From a virus: 64,000 nucleotides of DNA. A program made the translations under genes and the position numbers. Shown in pieces: positions 45,397 through 54,751 of this stretch. The notes beneath the pieces were generated by a model, which worked only from the letters and a program-made list of their open reading frames with translations, was not told where the DNA came from and did not search any database. Position 1 is the first letter of the stretch. Each line of letters starts with the position of its first letter. The stretch spans positions 64,001-128,000 of IMG/VR virus record IMGVR_UViG_3300042924_004713. One strand, 5' to 3'.

Positions 45397-46539
45397 CTAA
45401 ATCATCCATTGATTGTTGTTTAGTAATTTGAAAAACTTATCAGGAAAGTCTTTGTTGATCTGTTCCCTAAGGTGTATCATGTGATCTTGATTATATTTAC
45501 AGATGTCTCTAGCAGCTTCGAGGAATTCACGCGGTGATTTACAGATATCTATTATAACATTGATCACTCCTCGAAGTCTTGCATGATTATCTTCAATGTT
45601 GTCAAAACTTTCATCTATAATGCCATGAAAGGTTCTAAATCCCATGTTTCGAAGATCACGATTGAATCCGGCATTGGCTACACATACCCAAGGATGCCCA
45701 ATGGCTATTGGTTTCCAGATTTTTTCTGTTCTAAAACTAAAAGGCTTGTCGTGTACTGTTTCGGTTACAATGCTAAAATAGGTATCAACATAGGTATCCA
45801 GATTTAGGTAAATGGCTCCCCATTCTTCATTGAACAGAGTAGGCATAGCATACTTTTGATCACTAAACTGCATGTCAACTCTGTTTTGATAACGTTGCAC
45901 TTCATACTTACTGGGTAATAGTTTGATAGACCTTGGCCTGTTCATCAAATCTATACCATGTTGTTCTAGACACAAAGATCCATCATCAATGAAATTTGGA
46001 TCCAACCAAGTCCATAGTGCTTGATCAAGCAGTCCAAGATAGTCTAACTGTTCAACCATCCACTTGCGATGTGGCCTGGCCCTGCCGTTCAAAAACAAAA
46101 ATTTATATGGCTTATTGATTTTGGTATAGATCTGATCACTGTGTTGTATTACTTCTAAGTTTTCTGGAAAATGATGAACTTTGCTAATAAAATGATCATG
46201 TCTAAGATAATCACAATCAACACGTATGTCACCACCGCTGATCAAAAGTATCTTCTTTGAAAGCAGTAGATCTTCAAAACGCAGTTTGCGTATGATGTAA
46301 TGCAGAGTTTCACTGCCTTCAAACGGATTACTGTATACCACTCGAATGTTGGAATCAACCAACTGTCTGATCAATCTATTGTACTTGGCGAATTGTTTGC
46401 GGCCAAACACATATACCCGGTTGGGTGTTGGTAACACTGTGGCAAAGTCGTGAAATGTTTCTGTTGCCCAAGGACGTAGTAATTCTGTGGTCTCACAGCC
46501 TTCGTCAAGTGATAGATTGAGCGTTGGCATGTGATTCAC
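45397..46539 (-). CDS. TEK-x-x-KPI family glycosyltransferase-like protein (paralog 4)
   Basis: FLFLNGRARPHR, TET...FRTEKIWKPI; close paralog of 44176-45333. Confidence 0.6.
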   Translation of the reverse strand: MNHMPTLNLSLDEGCETTELLRPWATETFHDFATVLPTPNRVYVFGRKQFAKYNRLIRQLVDSNIRVVYSNPFEGSETLHYIIRKLRFEDLLLSKKILLISGGDIRVDCDYLRHDHFISKVHHFPENLEVIQHSDQIYTKINKPYKFLFLNGRARPHRKWMVEQLDYLGLLDQALWTWLDPNFIDDGSLCLEQHGIDLMNRPRSIKLLPSKYEVQRYQNRVDMQFSDQKYAMPTLFNEEWGAIYLNLDTYVDTYFSIVTETVHDKPFSFRTEKIWKPIAIGHPWVCVANAGFNRDLRNMGFRTFHGIIDESFDNIEDNHARLRGVINVIIDICKSPREFLEAARDICKYNQDHMIHLREQINKDFPDKFFKLLNNNQWMI

Positions 46540-47890
46540 ACTCTAACCAAAAGCTGGTCATTTCAGGAAATACCTGTTGAAACGCATTTGAATCATTGAA
46601 CATCCTTCTGCTGTACTCGCTGAAAAATCTGTAGAAGTCAGCTCTAGCCATGGTGATTTCATCTGTGTTTTGTGGCTCACTCATCCAGGCCAAGGCTCGC
46701 TCCATGCGCTGTACTTCATAGTCTTTGAATCCCACAAAACTGTTGTCTTCCATCATGTTATCACGCATAAAGTCAATGGCCTGACGCATTCTGCGTTGAT
46801 AGGATTCAGGTAATATCTGTAAGCTCTGCCAACGAGGATTACGCAACACCGGAGTATCAAACCAAACTTTTTGATAGGTTTTTGAATATCTGGATCTGAG
46901 TTCCAAGATATAATCTAGCAGTGCATCTATGCCTACTATACTCAAGTTGTTCAAGGTCACAATAAAAGTCAGGCTGTTTTTTTCTTGAACATTGTCAAGG
47001 TAACTGTTGACATTGGCCAAGAACTGAGTTGAATGCATGCCACGTCTGATGTATGCTGCCTGTGTCCAGTCTCCTGTGTCAATACTAACATACTGCATGA
47101 AGTGTTCAATCTTGGTCGCACATAGCTTTTTTATATACTCTAGGTACCCTAGAAAAATCTCTGTTGGCACACTGAAATTACTAGTGACATCTATGTGCAA
47201 TTCAGGATGTGGCGATGCCAGTATGTAATCAAAAACCTTGTAGGTGTTTTTGTCTAGTATTGGCTCACCACCAGTCATACGGAAATGACGCAGACGTGGA
47301 TAAAGTTGTGGCCACCACCGCCAAAACGCATCTAGATAAGGATTGTGTTCTCGCACAGGTATAGGTCTTTTGCGTCCTTTGAAGTGCGCAGGATCGTTGT
47401 GAGGTATTCGAGTAGGAAAGGCACCATGCCTCTGCGCATCTTCCATCCAGGTAGAACTAAACTGTGGACTGCAATAGCTACAGGCTAGATTACAAACATT
47501 GCTAAAATTAACTTCAACGTAACTGGGTATTATATCTTCGTCGCCAGACAATGCGTCCAAATCAATCTCAGCCCAGGGTTCGCCAGATCGATAGTGACGA
47601 TCACTAAGTTCGCCAAGATCCTCCATGTTCCAGCAGTACTGACATTCACTAGGTCGCTCATTACGCAGCATGATTTTGCGCTGTGTTTTTTTATAAGGCG
47701 TGTTGTGCAAGGCACTGGGATTGTCAGCCAAAAGCGATACATCTATTTCGTGCAATGGCGGATGGTAACAACTATTGGTCATGCCCGTGGTCAGGTGCAG
47801 ACTTACCTGCTTCCATTTAGCGTAGCAACGTGCAGGACCTAGCTTGTCGCGCATCTCTTCTGCGTTGTTTAGAAAAACACTTTTAGACAT
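46505..47890 (-). CDS. N-terminal twitch radical SAM protein
   Basis: CYAKW...SCYHPP...CQYCW followed by CNLACSYC and GGEP. Confidence 0.88.
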   Translation of the reverse strand: MSKSVFLNNAEEMRDKLGPARCYAKWKQVSLHLTTGMTNSCYHPPLHEIDVSLLADNPSALHNTPYKKTQRKIMLRNERPSECQYCWNMEDLGELSDRHYRSGEPWAEIDLDALSGDEDIIPSYVEVNFSNVCNLACSYCSPQFSSTWMEDAQRHGAFPTRIPHNDPAHFKGRKRPIPVREHNPYLDAFWRWWPQLYPRLRHFRMTGGEPILDKNTYKVFDYILASPHPELHIDVTSNFSVPTEIFLGYLEYIKKLCATKIEHFMQYVSIDTGDWTQAAYIRRGMHSTQFLANVNSYLDNVQEKNSLTFIVTLNNLSIVGIDALLDYILELRSRYSKTYQKVWFDTPVLRNPRWQSLQILPESYQRRMRQAIDFMRDNMMEDNSFVGFKDYEVQRMERALAWMSEPQNTDEITMARADFYRFFSEYSRRMFNDSNAFQQVFPEMTSFWLECESHANAQSIT

Positions 47891-48449
47891 CTAGTTCCTG
47901 TTGTAAAAGATTGTACAAAACCGCAGTGCCTTGCGCAGATAGATGCCCATCAGGCAATCTATGATTGGGAGCAATAAAAGGCATCAATAACCGATGTTGA
48001 GTGTCACGGTTTTCCCACGTAAAGCCCACAGCAATTTTGTTTTGTAAAAAGCTCATTGTGGTGTCAATTAACATGTTGCTTAAATTATCACTGTAGGGAG
48101 GACCAAACACAGTGTAAAAGTATTTGTAAACTTCCTGGCTCGCCGTATCCAGCTGTTGATTGCTGATACCAAGCCCCTGACCGTGCCAACCAGCAAAAAA
48201 ATCTATGTCATGATCTTGATACTTGATACCAAACCTTGATGAATACGTCCATCCTAGAACAAATACATCGTGACCACTGACATTTTGGTACACATCATAA
48301 GCAATGGCCATGTTACTTTTACCAGGACGGGATCCATCGGTGACTGTGTATCCCCCCTGACTAGCAAACATTGACCCTAGACTTTGCTCACGTGGCAATC
48401 CATGACCGTATGTAAGACTACATCCATCAATATACATACGTAGAGACAT
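47883..48449 (-). CDS. SGNH/GDSL-like protein
   Basis: GCSLTYG, GKSN, DGHL; start placed at MSLRMY. Confidence 0.6.
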   Translation of the reverse strand: MSLRMYIDGCSLTYGHGLPREQSLGSMFASQGGYTVTDGSRPGKSNMAIAYDVYQNVSGHDVFVLGWTYSSRFGIKYQDHDIDFFAGWHGQGLGISNQQLDTASQEVYKYFYTVFGPPYSDNLSNMLIDTTMSFLQNKIAVGFTWENRDTQHRLLMPFIAPNHRLPDGHLSAQGTAVLYNLLQQELDV

Positions 48450-49345
48450 TACTCGCGTTCCATAATGCCTTTGTTGTTCCAGTTGGCACGATAATGATGT
48501 TTGAAAAATGCACTGCCCTCGGCGGTTAGTGTGCATATTGGCAAAGACAACTGTGTGTGCAAATCATTACTCACACGACCAGAAACAATGTCTGGATGTG
48601 TATCCTTGATAGTGTCCCAGAGTTTTACTAATTCATCAAAGTCTTGAACTTGTCTATAGTCCCAATTAGTCAGCATGGTCATGTAGGTGCCCATTCTAGA
48701 GCCTGCCATGGCCCACAGCCCATTGTCAACGTCGGCGCCTACATTGTGCCAAATAGTAAGATTATCAAGATTACGCTGTGCCACTCTCTGTTGAAACTCA
48801 CTTAGACTTGGTCTACGTCCGCGATCCAGGCACATCTTTACACCTTCGCGGAACCCAGCACGCCAGGCTTGAAAGTCTGTGGCATTGATATAGGTTGTTG
48901 AGTAACAGTCATGCATGGCCCAATATTGTGGATGGAAACAAAATTCTACAGTGGTTTCATCTGTGCCATCACTGGCTTCATGTGTACGCATGTTCATCAC
49001 ATACTCTTTGGTCCAGCAACTTATACCTCCGTTGCCATACATCAAGCCATTAACATTATTCCTAGCCCGCCAGCGAAATACACAATCAGAGTTAGTGCTA
49101 TCCAATACCAGCTGACTTGAAAAGAAGCTAATATCAGGGATATTATCGCCATCAAGTAACACAAAACGATCAGTGGTCGAAGCCATCGCTGCTGCCTTGT
49201 GGGCGGCGTCTGACCCTTTAATACCATCCACTCGTCTTGCCCAGGGTACCATGTTCCGAACACGTACCCAATTTTCCTCAGCATTTGGTTCATCATAGGT
49301 TAGAAATATACAGTCTAAATCAGCAATATCAACTATCTCAGTCAT
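48449..49345 (-). CDS. glycosyltransferase-like protein (GT-A fold)
   Basis: IFLTYDEP, AHKAAA, LDGDN (DxD), AWRAGFREG. Confidence 0.65.
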   Translation of the reverse strand: MTEIVDIADLDCIFLTYDEPNAEENWVRVRNMVPWARRVDGIKGSDAAHKAAAMASTTDRFVLLDGDNIPDISFFSSQLVLDSTNSDCVFRWRARNNVNGLMYGNGGISCWTKEYVMNMRTHEASDGTDETTVEFCFHPQYWAMHDCYSTTYINATDFQAWRAGFREGVKMCLDRGRRPSLSEFQQRVAQRNLDNLTIWHNVGADVDNGLWAMAGSRMGTYMTMLTNWDYRQVQDFDELVKLWDTIKDTHPDIVSGRVSNDLHTQLSLPICTLTAEGSAFFKHHYRANWNNKGIMERE

Positions 49346-49673
49346 AGTATTTTAAATTCCATTTTTGATGCGGTTCAATGTCAGTGATCACAATCACGTT
49401 GTTAGCATGGCATGCCTGTCCAGCTTCTGCTGGCGCTAGCTTAGAACTAACTGGTGTCTTAATTGGTACCAACTCGCTATTGACCACACGCACACGAGTA
49501 TTAGAACGTTCGTAGGTCTCTCTGTCAATCTCTAAATAGTTACCAGGCCGATCCTCCATGCTATAAAATAGCACCTGCCCGTGATCGTCGTAGTACACTC
49601 GATAGGAAATCTTAGAAACAACTTCCGGTTCAAGATGTTTTTCTACTTCACGCCAAAATTCTAATAGGTCCAT
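49338..49673 (-). CDS. hypothetical protein
   Basis: Overlap-coupled ORF. Confidence 0.7.
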   Translation of the reverse strand: MDLLEFWREVEKHLEPEVVSKISYRVYYDDHGQVLFYSMEDRPGNYLEIDRETYERSNTRVRVVNSELVPIKTPVSSKLAPAEAGQACHANNVIVITDIEPHQKWNLKYYD

Positions 49674-50392
49674 GTTTTTTTATGATAGTGCACCGCACCC
49701 CATTGAGCCACAGTATTGATACGTAAGGGATCCGTTTCCCAAACTAGTTCTTTGGTCCAGTCTGGTGTGTGAGTGCCCAGGATGTGTTGCTTGAAATGCG
49801 AGATTTTGGGAAATGTGGACCAGGGCATTGTGACATTTTCTGGCCCAACGATTTGAGCTGCCATAGCATATACAAAATCAGTACTGGGCTCTGGATCTGC
49901 AAATGCTACTAGTTTTTTGTACTCTTGCCACTGAGTAAAAATCCTGCGACACCAAGTGAAGAAATCATGTGCTAGTTGACTGGCTCTCCAATAGGTGATG
50001 GCATTGTACACATCAGCAAGACGATTGTTGTCAAGAAACTTGCGATAATATCTTGAATTGGCGATGTTGCCATAGAAGTCTCGGCATCCTGTGGAAATAC
50101 AAAGATCACGATGTTGCATGATGTCAAACCAATGCATACATGGACCAGCCATTAACATATCAGCTTCTAGTTTAATGGTCTGGCGATAAGGACTTAGTTT
50201 GTAGGCAAAGTAGTCCAGTGCTTGTCCTTGTAGTTCAGTCTGAGGTAAATCCTGATTGGTTAAAACAGTGACTTCGGCCGAGGGATGATAATACAAAATG
50301 CTTTGAGCAAGCCTACGTGCGCAGGCTTCATAATCAACATCTTGAGTGTTAAATGCGGGAATAACAAATCCACGTTCAGATTTGATTGGCAA
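49661..50392 (-). CDS. GT8-like glycosyltransferase
   Basis: LSPYRQTIKLEAD, HFK, HYH. Confidence 0.6.
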   Translation of the reverse strand: MPIKSERGFVIPAFNTQDVDYEACARRLAQSILYYHPSAEVTVLTNQDLPQTELQGQALDYFAYKLSPYRQTIKLEADMLMAGPCMHWFDIMQHRDLCISTGCRDFYGNIANSRYYRKFLDNNRLADVYNAITYWRASQLAHDFFTWCRRIFTQWQEYKKLVAFADPEPSTDFVYAMAAQIVGPENVTMPWSTFPKISHFKQHILGTHTPDWTKELVWETDPLRINTVAQWGAVHYHKKTWTY

Positions 50393-51170
50393 TTATCTTC
50401 TCCAAATAACTTTTTCCCATGGCGTGAAAATCTTGATTTTTGATTGTGATATATCGTTGGCGTTTTCCGTCTTGCCATTCTAACACAAACTTATCATGAT
50501 CAAAGGTCAACTGATCTTCTGGTAACACACTCACAAGGTTCCAAGGTATATCAGTGGTTTGTAGTGTGTTGCCTGATTCCAATGTCAAAGCAATGCTCAA
50601 AGCATGATCATTTCTAAACGCTGCTCGATTGATACCATAGAGATTTCTATAGTGTGACCAATGCTGCTGTACCATTTGCATGGTATTGAATATGACCTGG
50701 CTCTTGAGACTAGCACGGTAACATATCACAGTGGCCCAATACATCGGCATATGATACTTGCCAAATGTGGTATTGAACTTATCACCTGTTCTGGCATTCA
50801 CAGCATATCTATGACACACAAAATCTTGATCTATAGCCAACAAATCACGCAGTTGATTGCTGTTGACTATGTAATCAACATCCAGCAGTAGTGTTTGATC
50901 AAACGGCGACAACAGTGCAGAATGACTTCGATCATGATTGTGCCAATCAACCACTTGGTCTAGATCATGAAAGTATCTTGAACCCGACTGTGGCTTGCTG
51001 CGATGTATTACCTGATCAAAACAGTGAATTTTGGGATGATCAACACAGTCTGTGACCACTGCCACAGGCAAGTCAAGATAGTGTTTTATACGTTGTGCGT
51101 TCCACGCAGCAATGTTTACATAGTCAACTTGCTGATTGTTGAACGCTACTAGAAGAACACCTTGTGTCAT
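50376..51170 (-). CDS. GT8-like glycosyltransferase
   Basis: LSPFDQTLLLDVD (DxD), FRND, HAMGK. Confidence 0.65.
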   Translation of the reverse strand: MTQGVLLVAFNNQQVDYVNIAAWNAQRIKHYLDLPVAVVTDCVDHPKIHCFDQVIHRSKPQSGSRYFHDLDQVVDWHNHDRSHSALLSPFDQTLLLDVDYIVNSNQLRDLLAIDQDFVCHRYAVNARTGDKFNTTFGKYHMPMYWATVICYRASLKSQVIFNTMQMVQQHWSHYRNLYGINRAAFRNDHALSIALTLESGNTLQTTDIPWNLVSVLPEDQLTFDHDKFVLEWQDGKRQRYITIKNQDFHAMGKSYLEKIIANQI

Positions 51171-51475
51171 CGTTTTTGACCAAGTTCCTGATGTTCCAAC
51201 AACCACGCATTCATGCACTCTTGCCAGCGTTGTGCTGCCATGTTCCAGAGTTCCTTGGTATTGATCTGTACCGGATTATGGTACAAGTCTAAAAGTACAA
51301 CTGGCTTGTCCATTACGCAACAGTTCAAGGTGCTTAACAGTTCGGGTCCAGCACGCCACATACCGCCTGCATGAGCAAACAGCATCTTGGCTTCGTACTT
51401 TTCTCTCAATAATTTTTTAGCCGATTCGTGATCAAATCTTGATCGAGCGTAGGCAACTAGGTCGTTAGAATCCAT
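51167..51475 (-). CDS. hypothetical protein
   Basis: MDSNDL start 6 nt after a TATATT -10-like box. Confidence 0.7.
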   Translation of the reverse strand: MDSNDLVAYARSRFDHESAKKLLREKYEAKMLFAHAGGMWRAGPELLSTLNCCVMDKPVVLLDLYHNPVQINTKELWNMAAQRWQECMNAWLLEHQELGQKR

Positions 51476-51505
51476 GCTGATAATATAACATAAAAATTGA
51501 TAAAA

Positions 51506-51530
51506 GTAAAGGGCCAATTGGCCCTTTACC
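51506..51530 (-). terminator. palindromic terminator-like hairpin
   Basis: GTAAAGGGCCAATTGGCCCTTTAC perfect inverted repeat after the structural operon. Confidence 0.7.
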
Positions 51531-51548
51531 TGACTTATGTCAACAAAG

Positions 51549-52517
51549 TTAAGTGGTTGTTGCTGCCACAGTGGGTGTACCCCACGCGGCAGATGTTAGA
51601 AAAGTAGAACTTGGTGGGAAGTATGTAACGATTGTGGCTGGGGCTGTGCCAAACGAAGCACCCGAAGGCGATGTGCCGCCACTGATAATATCACCTTCAG
51701 CATTGTACCAAGTGGTAGTGAGGTCCAGCGTGGTGCCTGTGTTGCCAGTTTTGGCCTGTAGACGAATATAGTTGCCTGTATAAGGTGAAGTATCTGCTGC
51801 TTGTTCGTACAAAGTTGTATTACTAGTTGTGAGCTGATACCAGCCTGTGGTAGTTGCCAAAGTAGTAGGAGTACCTGTGCCGCCTGTTTTGGTTGTGCCT
51901 GTGTAACTTGTACCTGCAATATTAGCTGTTTGACCGTTGACTCTGCCTGTGATTGATATTGTGCCGCTTAGTGTGCCGGCCAAGTCGTTCCATTCTGGAT
52001 CACCATCATTGCCAGTGGAGCTTTTACCCACTTGCCATCTTATGATGCCACCAGCATTGAAAAAATATCTAGCTGCATTAGCATTGGCAAAAGTAATTGT
52101 GTGAGTGAACACAATGGTGGATCCAGCACCGCTGGTGTTGGTAGTTTTACCTGAAGTGCCGGTCCATCCAGTAAACTGTGATCCAGATGCCACTGCGTTT
52201 CCACGGTTAGTAGTAAGGTTGGTTAGATCAGTATTAACATTAGCCAAAACAGAAATTAGATCGCCTGAAGTTGGTGCTGATCTTGATGTTATAGTAGTGC
52301 CTGTGTGACTACCTAGAGAACTCAAACGGTTTACCAAAGTGGCCCAGTTGGTAGCGGTCACAGTAGAAGCCACACTTACGTTGGCAACTGCTGATTCACC
52401 GTAACCTTTGTCACCTGATCCCACACTCCAGATGTCATTGATGTTAGCATTGGCAGTGCCAGATACAAAGCCATTATAGTCAGTGGCTTCAATTAAACTA
52501 CCGCTAGAATACGTCAT
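51549..52517 (-). CDS. virion structural protein (tail fibre-associated)
   Basis: Thr/Gly/Ser-rich; ARYFFNAGG motif; AAGGA RBS. Confidence 0.7.
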   Translation of the reverse strand: MTYSSGSLIEATDYNGFVSGTANANINDIWSVGSGDKGYGESAVANVSVASTVTATNWATLVNRLSSLGSHTGTTITSRSAPTSGDLISVLANVNTDLTNLTTNRGNAVASGSQFTGWTGTSGKTTNTSGAGSTIVFTHTITFANANAARYFFNAGGIIRWQVGKSSTGNDGDPEWNDLAGTLSGTISITGRVNGQTANIAGTSYTGTTKTGGTGTPTTLATTTGWYQLTTSNTTLYEQAADTSPYTGNYIRLQAKTGNTGTTLDLTTTWYNAEGDIISGGTSPSGASFGTAPATIVTYFPPSSTFLTSAAWGTPTVAATTT

Positions 52518-52530
52518 TTGTTATTCCTTT

Positions 52531-53913
52531 TTACTTGATCATTACAATTGCTTCAACAATGCCTTCATCGGGGGATTTTTTGTCTGCAAGAGCGCGACCA
52601 ATTGTGTTAAATGCTGTGGCTTCACCTGGAAGTGCAGCTCTAGCAAGTCCGCTGCCTGCTGAAACAAGGCGATCGCCTTTGTTGATAGTGCCAACGCAGC
52701 GTACTGGCACACGACCTGTGACTGCCACTGGGGGGTGAGTGTCGTCATCGCCTGCGCCGCCGTTCATTAGGAAGGCTGCACGAGTACTTATGACTCCAAA
52801 AACATTTTCTGATAGCTCTAATTTAGCAATAGTGATTTCTTTGGTGCCACCTAGTTCTACAACTGTACCAGGTTCCAACACTTCATCAGCAGCAAAACGT
52901 TCTGCAACGTCAGCATAAAGTGCTGTGGTAGCAGTTGCAAACACTCGGTTAAAATAGTTGCTGGCTGAGCCAATATTACCAACCGCGTTGGTTCCAGACT
53001 TTGTGATTGAAGACACTGAAAAGTTTGCAAACACAGCAGCAGCATTAGCACCATCAAGTGTAAGCACTGTGGTAGTCACACCACCATCATTTACTCTAAA
53101 CACAATGTTACCATCTTGTGTTTGGTTGTCAACTTGTACAGTGGTGCCACTTACACTGACTCTGAAGTCGCTGTCGCTACCAACTGTGAATCCTGAATCA
53201 GTTAGAACGCCCAAAGTGGTGCTCATGGTTTGACCTGTACCACTATTGCGTATAAATCCTGTGCTGGCCACACCATTCAGCAACACTGCGTTGGCAGCGG
53301 TGCCTTGGAACAGTGGAGTCTGACCGTTTACTGTACTGGCCAAATTTAAACCAGGTTTAATAGTAGCAAATCCAGGTACCCCAGCACCAGCAGGTGTAAA
53401 TTCTGCGTCTGCGCTGATAATGCCAACCACAGCGTCAGAGATTGTGAGTTCAATCACAGTGTGAGTGATACCAGCAGGAGTGTCAGTGATAGTAGCAGGC
53501 ACAGCGCCTGTTGTACCACCGCCGCCTGTGCTTTGAGGACCAACTAGAATAAAGGCCGAGCCGTTGTAGACTTTGAGCTGCTGATTGGTGATATCATACC
53601 AAAGGTCACCAGTGACATTACTTGATGGCTGAGTGGTAGACGCTGTGGCTGCACTGATGGTTTTAAATGTGGTGCCGTTGTAGACTTTGAGCAAATTATT
53701 GGATTTGTCCCACCAAAGCTGACCAGTCAGCGGATTGCCAGGAGGACTGATAGCAGCCGAATTCTCCAGCAAGTGTACAAAGTTAGTGTCGAGGAATTCC
53801 CCGTAACCTGCATAGTTTTTACCAACCAAAACCATGCTGCTTGACGTGTTAATTGTACCATCTGCGATAGTTGCAAATGGAGTACCGTCGGTTAGATTAA
53901 TCTGATAAGCCAT
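52531..53913 (-). CDS. tail fibre protein with C-terminal intramolecular-chaperone-like domain
   Basis: GKNYAGYG...GQLWWD N-terminus; YADVAE...GRVPV...KGDRLVS C-terminus. Confidence 0.75.
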   Translation of the reverse strand: MAYQINLTDGTPFATIADGTINTSSSMVLVGKNYAGYGEFLDTNFVHLLENSAAISPPGNPLTGQLWWDKSNNLLKVYNGTTFKTISAATASTTQPSSNVTGDLWYDITNQQLKVYNGSAFILVGPQSTGGGGTTGAVPATITDTPAGITHTVIELTISDAVVGIISADAEFTPAGAGVPGFATIKPGLNLASTVNGQTPLFQGTAANAVLLNGVASTGFIRNSGTGQTMSTTLGVLTDSGFTVGSDSDFRVSVSGTTVQVDNQTQDGNIVFRVNDGGVTTTVLTLDGANAAAVFANFSVSSITKSGTNAVGNIGSASNYFNRVFATATTALYADVAERFAADEVLEPGTVVELGGTKEITIAKLELSENVFGVISTRAAFLMNGGAGDDDTHPPVAVTGRVPVRCVGTINKGDRLVSAGSGLARAALPGEATAFNTIGRALADKKSPDEGIVEAIVMIK

Positions 53914-53961
53914 GTTAGTCTACAGTCCTTTTAGTATTTAGCACCTTTAATCTGCTAATAT

Positions 53962-54567
53962 TTATGCGTTGCTGCTAAGGTTAGTTAGAGTTTGAATCCT
54001 TAGCGTGTAATCAATTTGTATCTGTCTGTTGAGACTCTTTTGTACCGGGTGGAAGATCACATGAGTAATCAAACGCAGATCTGTGGCACTGCCATTCCAG
54101 GTCTTGAGTCCAAGTTCGTCAAATACAAATTCTCCACTAAAGTTAGTGGAATTGTCAAAAGCCTGTTGTCCCGCGGGTTCACCGTAGTCAAGCAAACAGG
54201 TTACTAAAATATCAGTGTAAAACTTACCCGGAGTATGAAGCACTGTCATGCGATTGTTCACAGGATCAGTGTTGTCTGCACTGGCATCATCCACAATTTT
54301 CTGGTAAGTTTGATTGTACAAGCTGGCGTTTTGGCCCACGGTGTTTGGAGGCAAATAGGTAATCACTCCAGTGGGATCCACTGAACTACCGCCGTTACCA
54401 AAAGCCATTTGATAGATATATCCAGTGTTTCTATCAGCTAGTGTTTGCGCCATGCCTACTGAGATATTTTCGTAGTGAATAGCGTTGTGTTTGTCTACAA
54501 ACACTTCTTGTGTTCTGGGGTCAAAAATCTTGAGAAACCCGTCAATTTTGAACTGTCCGTTGGTCAT
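53962..54567 (-). CDS. virion structural (baseplate-associated) protein
   Basis: MAFGNGG, FDELGL, THVIFHPVQKS; structural gene context. Confidence 0.65.
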   Translation of the reverse strand: MTNGQFKIDGFLKIFDPRTQEVFVDKHNAIHYENISVGMAQTLADRNTGYIYQMAFGNGGSSVDPTGVITYLPPNTVGQNASLYNQTYQKIVDDASADNTDPVNNRMTVLHTPGKFYTDILVTCLLDYGEPAGQQAFDNSTNFSGEFVFDELGLKTWNGSATDLRLITHVIFHPVQKSLNRQIQIDYTLRIQTLTNLSSNA

Positions 54568-54713
54568 GCTCTGCCCTCGTGATATACCTGCTTGGTGTTG
54601 GGATCATGAATTCTCACGAATTCGTCCACATGCACCTTGCCGCTGTCATTGGGACGTTTTTCAACCTCTTTGGGATCAGGCGCTGCGCCGGTATTGTTTG
54701 TCTGTGTTTCCAT
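54564..54713 (-). CDS. small protein (49 aa, METQTNN...VHVDEFVRIHDPNTKQVYHEGRA)
   Basis: Manual translation; TAAATA upstream; ATGA overlap with the next gene; similar to that gene's N-terminus. Confidence 0.75.
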   Translation of the reverse strand: METQTNNTGAAPDPKEVEKRPNDSGKVHVDEFVRIHDPNTKQVYHEGRA

Positions 54714-54751
54714 GATCGTATATTTAGCTATGTTAAATCCAGTGGCTTTGC

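Noticed and set aside
39055-47890. Radical SAM genes as PqqE partners of PqqA
   Set aside because: The domain order is reversed relative to PqqE, there is no PqqB/C/D, and they sit >30 kb away in a sugar-enzyme context
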